The position numbers and the translations under genes were made by a program. The notes under the pieces are model-generated. The model saw only the letters and a program-made list of their open reading frames with translations. It searched no databases and was not told the origin of the DNA. Shown here piece by piece: positions 11,826 through 26,100 of a DNA stretch of 64,000 nucleotides. The first letter of the stretch is position 1; every line of letters begins with the position of its first letter. Source of the stretch: Octopus sinensis (Eukaryota); NCBI RefSeq assembly GCF_006345805.1, contig NC_043007.1, forward strand, positions 52,514,001 through 52,578,000, in the 5' to 3' direction.

Positions 11826-12200
11826 AGGTGCAGGTGTGGCTGTGTGGTAACAAACTTCGTTCCAAAACACATGGTCCTGGGTTCAGTCCCACTGTGTGGT
11901 GACCTGGCATGTGTTTTCTGATATAGTCTCAGACCAACCAAAGCCTTGTCAGTGGATTTTGTAGACAGAAACTGAAAGAAATCAATTGTATATATATGTA
12001 TGTATATATGTAAGTCTGTGTGTGTGTCTTTTTGTTTCTCCCTCATCATTGCCTCACAACTAGTGTTTGTTTATTTACATCCCCATAACTTTCTGGTTTT
12101 ACAAGAAGAAACTGATAGAATAAGTACCATGCTTATCAAATTGAAAAAAAACCCCACTAGGCAGTATCTCATATTTTTGTTTGCCCACACAATTTATCTT
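11826..12200 (+). mobile_element. tRNA-derived SINE (abundant family in this window)
   Basis: Head ggtgcaggtgtggctgtgtggtaa..ggttcagtccc with A/B-box-like motifs; homologous to 42194-42587, 50550-50920, 56846-57211 and 63560-63885. An inverted head fragment lies at ~11528-11585. Confidence 0.8.
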
Positions 12201-12219
12201 TGTGTGTGTGTGTATATAC

Positions 12220-12253
<34 letters not shown>

Positions 12254-12257
<4 letters not shown>

Positions 12258-13193
12258 GCTTACAGTGACCCGCTCTATGCGCGGGTAAGAGTGTGGTTGT
12301 TACTTTCTGTTGCTTCCTTTCTGTTGTTTATCACCACATTCTCCCTCTTTGTTTCTCTCTCACTTTCCCACTCTCTTACTCTTCCTTTCTCTTGAACTCT
12401 TCCTCGCTATCACTTACTCTCTATCTTTCTCTATGTATCTCTCTCCCATTTATAAACAACAAAAGATCTTGAGTAAGTTGAGAAATAAAATATTTTGAAA
12501 GATCAATCATAAATATCAGGCAGTGACAATGGAAAGGTCTGTTTCAAGGCAGACAGCAAGACACTAACATTAAAACTTGCGAGCAGAATAAAAATAAAAA
12601 AAAATATTGGAAACCAAAGTTTGAAGGGATTGAATCTGAGGATAGTAGGCTCACCATAGCTGGCATTTCTTAATGACGGACAGCAACGTTGTGGCAGTTT
12701 AACGGCTGGCGTAAAATGTTGAACTTGATGTAAAAGAAAATTCCTAAGCACTGAGTTTTGAAGTGATTCTTTCTCACGACAGTAGACTCACCATGGCAAG
12801 CATTCAAAACTTCTTCATCATGGACGGTAACACATTGACGATTTAAAGGCTGGCACAAATTTTTTAGTTTGCTGTAACAGAGAATTCCTAAACACCCTCT
12901 CCTGTAAATTTTAATCCCCTTCCAGCCCCATTTAGACCCCTTTTTACATTCGGGTCTACTCAGGCCACATTTTATAAGATGAGGAATTTTGTCCTAGAGG
13001 TCATTTGAGGAAAGAAATAGTTGCTATGCAAACTCGCCAGCACTTTTAACATAGGTGTGCATATTTTCAGCTCAACCGACCACATAATGCACACATTATA
13101 TATATATATATATATATAATTAATCTTATGTATTGGCTTGAGTTTTTCATTGTATGATTTGCCTAATAGTGGTTTTATCTCTAATTTAATATA

Positions 13194-13239
<46 letters not shown>

Positions 13240-13315
13240 TATATATATGTACATATATATGCAGTATACATATATAGTGTGTGTGTGTGTACGCATTATA
13301 TATATAAATGTATAC

Positions 13316-13375
<60 letters not shown>

Positions 13376-13918
13376 AATACAGACATATACACTTTGTATA
13401 TACACATTATACATACATATTTATATATAGAACACACACACACACACACACACACATATAAATTAACCCAATAATTATCGCCACCACCACCACCACCACC
13501 ACCACACGATCATGAGAACAAATATTTGTTCTCATTATCGTGTGGTGGTGGATGTGGCGATAATAATTCTCTCTATGAATGCAGACAGACGTAGAGAGAG
13601 AGAGAGAGAGAGGGGAGATGTGAGAGAAAGAGTGAGAGCGCTGGCGAAAACGACGGGGAAAAGATAGCTGATCTGTCACACGTCGTTATAGAGAGATTGT
13701 GATGGGAAGGGAAGAAAGAGAGAGAGCTGGAGGAAGACAGGCAGATAAGATGATGAATGTAACGAGAAAAGACTTGTTAAAGTGTGGGGTTTTTGCCCTA
13801 GTAACAACAGCTTTTGTAAATTTCGGAGCGAATCCGACGGGATCTAGTGGTCTTTAACCCGTTCCAATGCCAAAACCAGACAAACAAACTTTTTGCATTT
13901 CAGAATTATAATATAGAG
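12254..13918 (-). mobile_element. Non-autonomous Helitron (deletion derivative of the adjacent family)
   Basis: 3' hairpin acccgc..gcgggt at ~12268-12286; 5' end (rc tctctatattataattctgaaatg) at 13918; shares 13540-13912 with 15960-16473. Confidence 0.7.
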
Positions 13919-13919
13919 A

Positions 13920-16474
13920 CTAGCTTAAGGTGACCCGCACTACACGCGGGTGATGTTTTTGTTGTTGGACCAATGTATTTATGTAGCATTGTTTTATTGT
14001 TTTAAAACGAAAGAGGCAATGCAGTTTTTTCTAAAAAAAAAAAAAAAAGACAAACGTACGCCAATGGGATGACAATTCATATTCGATTAGAGCACTCTGG
14101 GTATAATCATAAAATTGAAAAATGGAATTTCGGAGGCGAATATTGTAGAGGACTCTAAAAAAAAAGTTTTTTAACCTGCAGGAAGATAGTTTAAACCAAA
14201 AAAGGCAGAATGTAAACTCACATCTGTAATAGTGAATGAAATTAGAATTCACACCCAGCTCAGTTTTGTAGAAAGAGTATCACGACGTGAACTCATGAGT
14301 TGGGAGTTTGACTGAGAGAGTTTATATGGTGACACATGCCAGTCCTTTCGACACCACCTAAACAATGGAACAGTGTATAAAATGTAATTAACCACTCATT
14401 CACTTTATGAATGTCTTATGTTGGCGAAGAAACAATAACTTGACAAAACCGTAGAAGGAATCGGAAAATGAGGAATAAAGAGACGAATGAGTTGGATCAA
14501 ATGTTTGCAAACATCTTAACCCAATCTTCTTTATGAACCATGTTCTTTTTAATGTCTTTATTTTCAAGAATGAAGAGATAATCAAGACGTGCAGAAGAAA
14601 AACTCAAGCAAAATCTCATGACTTACAATCAATCTTGTTTTGTCAGAGCCTCCTGATAAACCACGTTCCTTGTGCGCTCATGATTACCAAGAATGAAGAG
14701 GTTATGCGGATTTCCAACACGTGAACAGGCTACGTACAATTGACCATGACTGAAAACCAGTTGTGACAGGTTAACTCCTACAATGTCCAGTAATTGTCCC
14801 TGTGACTTGTTGATTGTCATCGCGAAGCATAGTTTTATCGGAAATTGATAGCATTTAAACTGAATGGGAACATCAGAGGGTGAAATACTCATTTTATGTA
14901 TCATCTTCATTGTTCCTACGAATGGTCCACTCAAAATTTCAGCAGTTATAACATGGCTATGAATCCTCCTTATAACCATTCGGGTTCCATTGCATATTTC
15001 AGGCGTTTCCATGTTTCTGAGCACCATGATTGGAGCACCAACTTTCAAACACAAATGATTAGGTGGAAGCCTCGGAGGTGTTAGCTTGTTGAGTAGCTCG
15101 GGTGGATATTTGACTGCATCATTCTCATCTTTATTTGTATCGATGGACATAAAAGAAACTTCCTCACCAGGAATCATATCAAGCAGTTGTTTATTAGTAG
15201 CATCAGCTGTTGTATTATGAGGCGATAGAATAGCTCTCGTCCTTAGCCAATCGAGATCCTGGAAGTTGGTTTCGCCGTCTGGTAAAACGGCTCTTATGAG
15301 GTCTTCTACATTTGGAACGAAATTCTCCAAAGGCAACCGAATATGCTTATCATCAACCAAAGGCAAAACTCCATCACCAAGATCTAATAGCTGTTTTGCG
15401 AAAGCCTTAGACTCCACATCACCTTGTAGGTGGACTCTTGTGTTTTTTTCAAGATGACGACTGATTACACTGTGCCACACATAAGAATACTTTATACATA
15501 CATTAACCTCATCGGCTTGAGTGCCTCTTCGGACAACAGGAAGAGTTTGTCGAAAATCTCTTGCCATGAGAAACGTAGCTTCACCCATTATTCTTGTATT
15601 GTGACGCAAAATAATAACATATCTTCTGATAAATAATATCTGTTATAATTGTGCGGTGGTGGTGGGAGATAATAATTCACCTTTCTGAAAGACCTGTGGT
15701 GGGAATATTTAAACTTTTGCGGCTGTCACATTTCGTCTTTATAGATACAAGCAGAAATACATTGAGCGATGCGTTGGAGAAAAAAGAGAGACGGCGGAGG
15801 TGTCAAACGTCGTTATAGAGAGAGAAATTGAAGGGAAGGGGAGGAAATAGAGAGATCGAGGAAGAAAAGGTGATATATGAAAGAGAGGACTGAAAAATGA
15901 AATATTTTGAAACCTAAAGATGATTTGTTTTAAGAGAAAGATTCTCATGATTGTGTGGTGGTGGTGGTGGTGGTGGCGATGATAATTCTCTCTATGAATG
16001 CAGACTGATGTAGAGAGAGAGAGAGAGAGTGACAGCGCTGGCGAAGGCGGCAGAGGAAAGATAGTAGACGCTATCAAACGACGTTATAGAGAGAAAGTGA
16101 AAGGAAAGGAGGAAAGAGAGAGAGAGAGAGAGATGGAGGAAGACAGGCAGATAATAGAATGCGATGGTGGTGGGGGAAAGATTATAGAGGCTGTGAAACG
16201 ACGTTATTGAGAGAAGGTGAAAGGAAGGGAGGAAAGAGAGTGAGAGATGGAGAAAGACAGACACATAAAAGAATGAGAGCAGATTTGTCAAAGTGTGCGT
16301 TTTTGACCCTAGCAACGACACCTTTTAAGATGGGGATTTCTAACCTAGCCCACTCGCATCCTCACCTCATTTTACATGTAAATTTTGGAGTCAATCCGAC
16401 GGGATCTAGTGGCCTTTAACCCATTCTCAATGCCCAAACCAGACAAACAAACTTTTTGCATTTCAGAATTATAA
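13920..16474 (-). mobile_element. Helitron with PIF1 helicase C-terminal fragment
   Basis: 3' terminus: hairpin acccgc..gcgggt then CTAG|T at 13920; internal helicase ORF; 5' end same as neighbour. Confidence 0.85.
14629..15609 (-). pseudogene. PIF1-family helicase C-terminal part (Helitron RepHel fragment)
   Basis: DFRQTLPVV, RAILSPHN, LKVGAPIMVLRN..CNGTR, QFPIKLCFAMTINKSQGQ, FSHGQLYVACSRV; Walker A and Rep domain absent. Confidence 0.9.
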
Positions 16475-16922
16475 TCATCATCATCATCATCATCATCATT
16501 TAGCGTCCGTTTTCCATGCTAGCATGGGTTGGACGGTTCTACTGGGGTCTGTGAAGCCAGAAGGCTTCATCAGGCCCAGTCAAATCTGGCAGTGTTTCTA
16601 CGGCTGGATGCCCTTCCTAACGCCAACCACTCCGTGAGTGTAGTGGGTGCTTTTTACGTGCCACCCGCACTGGTGCCAGACAGAGCTGGCAAACGGCCAC
16701 GAACGGATGGTGCTTTTTATGTGCCACCGGCACGAGGGCCAGGCGAGGCTGGCAACGGACACGAAACGGGGCGGTGCTGGCAACGGTCGCGAAACGGAAA
16801 GTTCTCTTACATGCCACCGGCACTGGTAACACATCTGCAATTTCCATTGATCGATTTCCATTGATCGATTTCGATTCTGATCCTCACTTGCCTCAACACG
16901 TCTTCACAAGTAGAGTTTTGTG
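16475..16922 (-). mobile_element. 3' end of RTE LINE (5'-truncated copy) with (GAT)n tail
   Basis: Reverse complement of 40780-41390 including the ~60-bp subrepeats and (CAT)n at 16475-16500. Confidence 0.85.
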
Positions 16923-17225
16923 TCCATATATATATATGGATTTCGTAGACAGAAACTTAAAGAAATCAATCGAATATATATGTATGTATATATTTAAGTG
17001 TATGTGTGTGACTTTGTTTCTGTGTTTCACCCTCATCACTGCTTCGCAACTGCTGTTCGTTTATTTACATCCCCATAATTTACTGGTTTCACAAGAAGAA
17101 ACTAATAGAATAAGTCCCCAGGCTTATCAACATAAAAAAGCACTACGCTGTGTCTCATATTTTTGTTTGCCCACTCAGTTGTATCTATCAATTTATTTTT
17201 GTGTGTGTGTATATACATATATATA

Positions 17226-17284
<59 letters not shown>

Positions 17285-17311
17285 CATGTATGTATATGTG
17301 TACATTCATAT

Positions 17312-18980
17312 TTATTATATCAAAGACAATGACTTTATGTGTTCGTGTATTACTTATACATTCGAAAACTGCTGCACCGATCATAATGAAATTTAGAACA
17401 CAAAATCAAAGCCGAGGGAGAAGGGTAACGCTGTGTGCTTCATACAATTTCATGGACCAAAATTACTGAATGGCTCCTTATGATATTTCAAACTTAGATT
17501 CAATGCATAAGGGTGGGTATAATGCAATATGTTTCGTTTGAATTTCAGATGGCTTAAAGGGGGCAGAACCCCGCCATGAAAATTCATAAGTTTTCGATGT
17601 TGATGAAATTTCAACCATGGGTAATTGACACATAACAAGAAGTATTCTCAAAGTTTCCACTTCACATGGGTGAACCCTAATGGGGGCCTTAACTCCCAAA
17701 TTTTAGTAATTTCTTTTATGATCCAAAACTAAGTCAAAAGTACTGAATGGATCTTTACGATATAATTTGGAAATTATATTCTATGCATAAGGGCCACAAC
17801 CCCCATGACAATTCATATATTTTTGCTGTTGATGAAATTTTAACCATAGATATTAGATACAAATGAAGTAATATTTATAAAATTTCATCTTCTTACAAGT
17901 TAGAAAGACCCCTTCATGGGGACTTAACACCTACAATTTTGTCATTTTATCTAAGCACAAATGAATAGTTGTACTCTTGGAAGCTGTTGGGTTACCCGAG
18001 CATAGAAGATGAGCATTATTTGTAATTCAATGATACAACAGTGTAACAGTTTGCTTTGACATACACTTAGACTGTGATTTCTGCAATGTGGTGCATAAAT
18101 TGTCAAGTAAATGGGAGGCATCTTTGCTTCCACTGATTCAGTTGCAAAGTGTTGAATAAAGTTATTTGATTGCTGATCTCCTTTCAGTCTTTTTATTATC
18201 ACTGGGTCACACACAATCCGCAAATGGTAACATTGATTTCAAGGCCTTCCCAGATGAGTGACTGGTTATTCAAAGACATTAATAGATTGTTTATATTTAT
18301 TCTGTCCAGTTATGTATCAGTATAGTGGTCATTTGCAAACTCCAGAGGTGACACTTTCATTTCTCATTAGCCCTCATGTTACACAGTTGTTAATGTTTAT
18401 TTCAGTTGGGTCATGCCCTTCCAATTGCTATAGATTCGTAATGCATCTTACCGCTGTGCCTGTCACCTGGATGGTGAGGGATCCTACATTGGGAGTGATA
18501 ACGACTAGGATAGGGTAACTGACTGCTTATTGTGATCATTCGTCTTTTGGTTTCCTGTAGCTTTGCTCTCTTTTACAAACCCAGTGAACATATATTTCCT
18601 ATTTCAAAGAAATTCAAACAATAGATATAAGACCCAAGTTAAAAAGATTTTCAACAATTCTACTTCTCTGGTTGACATTAAGATGCCTACCTCCAATAGG
18701 GGAGTTAACTCTCACATTTTAGAGCTCCATGACCTTCATTTTTCAGGAGCAAAATCCTTTTAACAGGTTCTATAAGACTGGAATTTTGGAATATGCGCAT
18801 AAAAATCAGTAGTATGGGATACATGTGGCACGATTACAATTTTGTTTGGGTGTGTAAAGAGGGAAATAACCCTTATCTGCAATTTTGATGAAATTCGAAA
18901 CATAGGTATTCCAGTTCATTACAGAAAATATATCAGAAAAGTCTAATTCTTCAATTGTATGTAACTCGGGCAATGCTGGG

Positions 18981-18990
<10 letters not shown>
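17312..18990 (+). mobile_element. Probable non-autonomous Helitron with internal subrepeats
   Basis: Internal duplication (17450-17720 vs 17720-17945); 3' hairpin ctcgggcaatgctggg near 18964-18980. Confidence 0.5.
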
Positions 18991-19022
<32 letters not shown>

Positions 19023-19072
19023 TATATATATTATAATGGAATAATTAGTGTGAAGCATTGTGTAAAATATAT

Positions 19073-19259
19073 TGTATAAAAGATTGTGGTTAATGCCAAA
19101 TCAATGCGAAGTAAATGCAAGGTAAATCACAAGAAAACAAATATGCGAATTAATGTAGACTTACACTGTATTCAATATTTTGGGGTTATGACCCCATTTT
19201 CGTGATTTACTTTTTATTTACTTCACATTGTTTTGGCCTTACCCACGATCTTTTATACA
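19073..19259. repeat. Small foldback element (~62-bp imperfect inverted arms)
   Basis: tgtataaaagattgtggttaatgccaaa..aaatcac versus its reverse complement at 19198-19259. Confidence 0.75.
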
Positions 19260-19299
19260 TAGTATATATATATATATGTATATAACATGTTAATGAAGA

Positions 19300-21680
19300 G
19301 GAGAGTGCAGATTTTATTCACATCCAAAACCTTTATTTAAAAGCTTTCTACAGCATATACATTTGACCCACTTACGTTTCAGCTGCACATTGCTTTGTAT
19401 GCAATTATGCATTCAAATAATTGCAATTTCTTCAAGGGTCCATCACTCACAGCGTTTTCAAAGTGAACTGACTCAAACAAGCATCCTGTGTTGGTATTCA
19501 ATTGAAGGTAATAGCATTACTGTTTATATTTGATGCAATGCTGGTCTTATAATCACCTCTGCTGCTATTACACTTTTTAAAATGCTGGTTTTAAAAATGT
19601 TTATTCAGATTTCAATTAATTGTAGCAGTTTTGTTCACATGTAGCTGTACTGAGTACGTTATTCAGAGGTATTTTACTTTTTTTGGGGTTTGTACACTCA
19701 CTTAATATTATTGTTATTATTATTATTAGTAGTAGTAGTATTAGTATAAATATTTATTATCATAATCATCATTGTAACTAGCATGATTAATATAGATGGT
19801 GAGTTGTGTTTATTTAAATTGTTTAAATGTATATTTTCTCTAATATGAACATCTTAGAGCTTGTTCTTGTCTTGTGCTTATAAGAGTAAATTTTGAAGTG
19901 AAAATTTGGTACATTTCTTCCACACAAGAGTCACATCTATTATTGCCTGTTCTGTAAGGTTTTTGCCTTACTAACTATTTCCCAGTCAATTGAATATACT
20001 TTATCACTATCTTTTAATGCCCAAATTAGTTTACTAAGGCTAGTAGTATTCATTTTGTCACTATATCTAAACGAATTTAAATAATTGAGCTACAATTAGA
20101 GTAAGTGGGCAAAGCTTGTTCCTTGCATAAATGTAATTAATAGTTCTACTAATTCCATTAATAATTTCCACTTCTGCTTCACAGGAGTGATTTCTAAACT
20201 CTCCTGTCTATCTTCTAAGCTATTATTCTCTCCTACATAGAAAACATTCTGAGTACTGCACTTTCTAGGATTCACACCTTCTACTTCCAGGCTAATGCAG
20301 GACTTTGTTCAGATAGCTTCTATTTTATTGGTTGTCAAACCATAGTTCCTATCCTGATACCTAGTTGGGTTACTTATGGTTTGTTCGCTCATGTTGGGAG
20401 TGTTGTTATTTATTGATCTATAGTTATTATTCTGGTAACCATTGTTGTTATTGTTTATATAGAAACTGTTTAATCTACTGGTGCTGTGTGCTGCTATAAT
20501 TTATGGTAGATTTCTGCTACTGGAAAAGGTTATGTTTATTAAATATTCTATGGTATTTGCTGTTGTTTTGAAAATATTGAGCCAATGTCAAATAGAACAA
20601 TTTAGGTATATTGGAAATTATTTGTTTTACAAAAGGAATTATATACCACTCAATATTGTTAGAGGTATATATGTTATTGAGCTATGTATTTCTATTTTTA
20701 CCTAAGCTTTTTGTAAAAGTGTGTAACCTATTTACCTGGTTTTTATTTCGGCATTGGGTTTGTTTGCTATTATATTTGCCAGTTATTTGTGTAGTACTAT
20801 TGGCAAACCTAATATATTGGTTACCTCGCCTATCTGACTGGGACCTCTTGATCAGTCCATTCTTATCTAAGTCACTTAGACTTAGCACTTATTTGGCACA
20901 AATTCATGTAAATTTCTACTCTGCTTTTTGGTTCTAGGTGTTCTATTGTTGTATTCTAATTGCATGAACTTTCTATCTTTAACTCTTCCCACTATCCATA
21001 CTTGGTAGTTAGTGGTGTTCTTCATATTATATATTCTATTTTGATTATTGCTAAGATGGTTCATCCCACCACGTTTATTATTTCTATTATTACTATCATT
21101 AAAGAATCATAATTTTTCTCTATATCTTGCCTTCTCTAATGCTAAATTATAAAAGTCCTCATTTAGTTTAAATACTTCCTTATCCACTGAGAGGTTAGTA
21201 ATGCGGATCGATATATTTTCTACTATAGATCGGGTTATGCATTTTGGGTGATTGCTATTTTTATGAATGTATCTAAGGTTGATATTAGGCTTGTGATATG
21301 ACCTTATATATGTGCTTTGATCTAAATTAACATCAAAAAAGTTAACTGAGTTATACACCTCTTCTATTGATATTGAAAGTCCTATGTTTTTAAAAAATGT
21401 TAAAAACTTTTTCCTATATTTTTCTATGTCCCAGTTTGAGGGGGTAAACAAGATGAAAAGTGCGTCATCCCTGTACAGACCCCCTCCTATTTCAGGAAGT
21501 CCCTTATACAGGCAGAATAAAATGTATATTCCTATTAAGTATGTTACTTGTGCAGAGTCTGTCAATCCCATAGTTATATTGAACATCTCAGATCTATCCT
21601 TTCACACACATTACTTTCCCTCAATGTTATTAAATACTCTATGGAATATTTGCAGTTCTGAATAGCAATGAGTGAAGTTT
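19300..21680 (-). mobile_element. Penelope-like retroelement remnant (RT, low-complexity spacer, endonuclease region, 3' tail with decayed hammerhead)
   Basis: ORF 21107-21586 (MGLTDSAQVT, GGLYRDD, YHKPN..SNHP); C-terminal TTSLSKLIW and CDSCVEE near 19920-20050. Confidence 0.8.
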
Positions 21681-22144
21681 ACCAGTACCAGTAGCTCTTT
21701 CTAAGCTTGAGTACTATATAATGGATTATTGTGGATAGTTGGCATCTATACCAATTTGAGAGACAATATGGTATACGCCGGGATAACTTTTCTCTTTTAT
21801 ACTCTATATAGTGTCTTCTGCTGTAGCCTTGGGTTGACCAAAGCCTTGTGAGTGGATTTGGTAGATGGAAACTGACAGAAGCCGTTGCATATATATATGT
21901 ATATATTGATATGTGCATGTGTCTTTGTGTCTGTGTTTGTACCCCCTTCATCACTTGACAACTGGTATTGAAATGTTTATGTCCCCATAACTTAGTGGTT
22001 CAGCAAAATAGACCAATAAAATAAGTACTAGGCTTTAAAAAATAAGTCCTGGGGTCGATCTATTTGACTAAAAACTCTTCAAGGTGGTGCTCCAGTATGG
22101 CCGTAGTCAAATGACTGAAACAAGTAAAAGAATATATATAGTGT

Positions 22145-22970
22145 TCAGTCAAATGTTTTGCAATATTTTGGTAACTTATTTGCTTTATTTGTTACAACAA
22201 AAGTAGCTAAGCATCCAAAGAAGAGGCCATCATGTTGCACTGGCTGAAGTTCTATGGTCCCACTATGGTACCAGTTTTTGTCCTTAGAGATAAAAATCTT
22301 CACTGAAGTTTTCACTTCCTCTTGGTCGATGAAGTGATGCAAGCACACGAAGTGTACCATGAATCAGAACAAGTAATAATCTGAGGGAGATAGATCTGGA
22401 CTATAAGCTGAGTATATTGTCAGTTTGATTCTCTCAATTTCCTGGTATGTCTTGCTGTAGAAGAGCTCACTTTCTGTTAACCAATGCCAGGTATTTTTGC
22501 CACAAATTGCGTACATCCACTCTAGATGTTTGGAGTACAGCTTAGCATTGATGGTTTGACCATTTAGAACAAACTCGTAATGAATTATCTCCTCATAATT
22601 CCACCAGATGCAGAGTATCACCTTATGTTCAAAATACTAACATTTGATGACATGTTCCAGAAGCTGGCTGCTTATGCACATAAGGATTGTGGAAAAATAT
22701 TTCCCTTGGAGTATTAGATGTTCCAGTTCATAGCTCACTTCCGGCACTTGTAACACGCCATCAATCAAGAGGTTGTGGAAGCTTCAGTGAAAGAGTTCTT
22801 CACCATGAAGGACAATAACTGATATCAGTATGGAATCAAAGAACTTGCAGAAAGTGGCTTCAGAAGATGCAATACTATGGCTTCAACTTTGAATGCTAGG
22901 CTGCTTTTGTTTCAACTTAAAGAATAAAGCAAGTAAGTTACTAAAATATTGCAAAACTCCTGACTCAACA
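22145..22970. mobile_element. Mariner/Tc1 transposase remnants
   Basis: ORF 22364-22621 (-): LCIWWNYEEIIHYE..AYSPDLSPSDYYLF; a second terminal fragment in opposite orientation at ~22750-22970. Confidence 0.75.
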
Positions 22971-23171
22971 CAATACATCAATATACATACATGTGCATGC
23001 ATGCATACATACATACATACATACGTATATACATACATATATGCATGCATAAATACATACACACATACACACACATATATACATACATACATACATACAT
23101 GCATACATACATACATACATACATACATACATACATACATACATACATACATACATACATACATACATACA

Positions 23172-26100
23172 AGTAGGTGCCCAAAAGTAACTGATAATGT
23201 TCTCTGTGAGACAAATCCATTGTAGTTCAGGCTTCTACCACTAGAAGCCACTTGATGAGACCCTCAGAGATCAGTCTGCTGACCAGTGGCATCAAGTGAG
23301 GTCATACTGCCATGTAGTGCATCTTTGTTTTGCAGTGCTTCTCCACTGTGCACTGAGTGTTGCAATGGCTGAAACAAAGGAACAGTGTGCTTCCATGAGA
23401 TTCTGTTTTCTGCTGGGGAAAATGGTGGCAGAAACAGTTGTCATGCTTCAAACAGTTGACAAGGATGCTGCTATGAACAAAACTCAAGTTTACAAGTGAT
23501 TTCCATGCTTTAGCAATGGTCACTTGTTGCTTGAAGATCAACCTCGTTCAGGATTACCATCGACCTCCTGAATGAATAAAAACACCATGAAAATTTATGA
23601 ACTGATCTTGGAGGACCATTACTGAACATTTGATGAACTTGTTGATTATTATGGCGAGAATCATGACATCCCCTGTGAGAATAGACTAGCCAAACTCGTT
23701 TAAATGGCAGCCTGTTTGACTGAGAACAAGAGATGGGAAATTGCAGGAAGTCAAAAGGTATCGTTCGTGATTTCGTGGAGTCACATGAACTTGTTGAGAA
23801 GTTGTTATAGTTCATTGAGAGTTGTTTCGGATTGGTTACAGTTGTTGGCAGAGTATTTGGGAATACATCAAGTAGAGACAATTGGTGTCTACCCCATTCC
23901 ATGGTACTATATACTACACTGTATTAGTGTGATATATAGTAAGGACACTAAGGTGACATGTGCAGAAACCACGTTATTAAAGTGGCAATGAGTGATTTGA
24001 AGCTTATGTTGGTCATTAACAATTTTTTATAATACAAAATATTCGTTGATTATAGAAGACCTATTAGCTGACATATTACAGTTGCAACAGCAACAGCAGC
24101 AACAGGAATTGCGACAGCAACAGCAGCAACAGGAGTTGCACCAACTACAACAGCAACAGCTACAACACAAACATTTGTTGGAATCATGGCTAAAGAAGTT
24201 GAGAAACACTGCAAGTTTATTTTCAAAAAATGGCATCATGAATGCTATAACAGAATTTAGTTATAAGCCAGAAGAGGGTATAACTTTTACAGCGTACTTC
24301 AGAAGATATAAAGAAATTTTCAAGGAAGAATGCAAGTGTTGGACAGACGATGAAAATGTGAGATTACTGTTATGGAAATTAGATCTTTCAGAACAGGAAA
24401 AATACTACAGTTTTATCCTGCCTAAAAAACAAGTGAAATTTGTTTCGAAGAAAGAATTGAATTGCTATCTAAAATGTTCAGTAATAAGAGTTCCCTGTTT
24501 AACACTCGATAGGAGTGTTTGAACTTATGCCAGAATCATAAATAGAATGTGCAGAAAATTTAAACTGAAAAAATAATCTCATGACATGTTTAAATGCCTC
24601 ATCTTTGTGCAAGGTTTGATAGCAGACAAAGATGCAGAAATACATGCACAGATTCTTACAAAACTAGAATAGGAGGACCAGAATTTAACCTTGCAGGCAG
24701 TAGCAGAGGAATGTCAAAGAATTATCAACCTGTGGCTAGGCGTAAAGAAAATTGACATGTCTCAAAAACAGACATGTCAACTGGGAATAAATAAAGAAAA
24801 AAGAATGTTACGACCAAATCCATGCTATGGGTGGGGAGGTCTGCATTTTACGAAAGACTGTCTGTCTAAAACTTGGAAAGGTTTTAGTTCTCAAAAATGG
24901 GACATAAATGCTTGCACTGCATAGCAAAACAAAAAAGGTCAGGAAAAAAATCCTAAGAAGGTTTGCTTAACAGAAAGTTGTGATGACACCCAAAAAAGAA
25001 AGTATGTGTATGTAAAAGTAAACGACATGAACATGAAACAGCTAGTGATATTACAATTATTGATACTGACACGTGGAAGAAAATTGGGAAACCTACATTA
25101 AAGAAAACATCACAAAGTGCGTGAGGCGTCACAGGTGAAAGATTACACTCCTTAGGTGAAATGGTAAGCAACATTACATTTTGTGGTAAAACCTGTAAAG
25201 CAAAAGTGCTTGTGTTAAAAAATACAAAACCATTGGAAGATATGGTGATAACCTCATTACAAGTGGAAAATTAAATAAAAAACATTTTGTGTAACATCAT
25301 TTGGGAGCCGCTGGTAACTGTTCAAGATATAAAACTAAAATTGGAAAATGACAAATTAATTTGCAAAGATGAGAGAAATGTTGACGGTAAAAGAAAATAA
25401 AAATATATGTAACACAAATGCGAACCATTTTCCTCTGTGTGGTAATGAGTTGATGCATGCACGAAGAGTTGTAGTGCCAGTTGCAAAGGGACACCCAGAG
25501 GTTTCAAGAAGGAAATCAGTAATGAGGAGTTATGTGTATTGGCCTACTATGGACCATGATATTGAACAATTGGTGAAATTCTGCAGAGGTTGTGATCTCA
25601 CAGCAAAGTAACCACTGGTGAACTTCCAGTCATAACCTAAGACAGACGGTCCGTGGTCCAGGCTACATATAAATTTTGTTGGACAGGTAAATGGCACATA
25701 TTATCTGATCATAGTAGATAGCTATACCAAGCAGCTGGAGACATGTAAGTGAAGGTAACAATAAGGTTCCTTCACAAATTTTTTGAGTGATACAGTGTCC
25801 TGGACACCATAGTATCAGATAACAGAATGCAGTTTTTGGGGTACAAATTTTAAAATTTCTGTAAGAGGTATGCAATCAATTACATCTCTACTCTGCTGTA
25901 TGACACAAGATCAAATGGGCAAGCAGAAAGGTTTGTAGTCATATTTAAGTGAGCACTAAAAAAAATCAGGAAATGAATTAGGCAATGATGCAGCACTAAC
26001 TCGATTCTTACAGGTTTACAGGGTAACACCTAACCTGAACACCTGTTCAGGCAAGTCACCCACAGAGCTAATGTTTGCCAGAAAGATAAAATCAATTTTT

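Noticed and set aside
14629-15609. Cellular PIF1 gene
   Set aside because: Intronless, N-terminally truncated and enclosed by Helitron termini.
17951-18790. Possible decayed Helitron Rep N-terminal coding sequence
   Set aside because: Only faint resemblance; cannot be supported without an alignment.
24046-24522. PolyQ ORF as a host gene
   Set aside because: It lies just inside a Gypsy LTR and continues into gag-like sequence.
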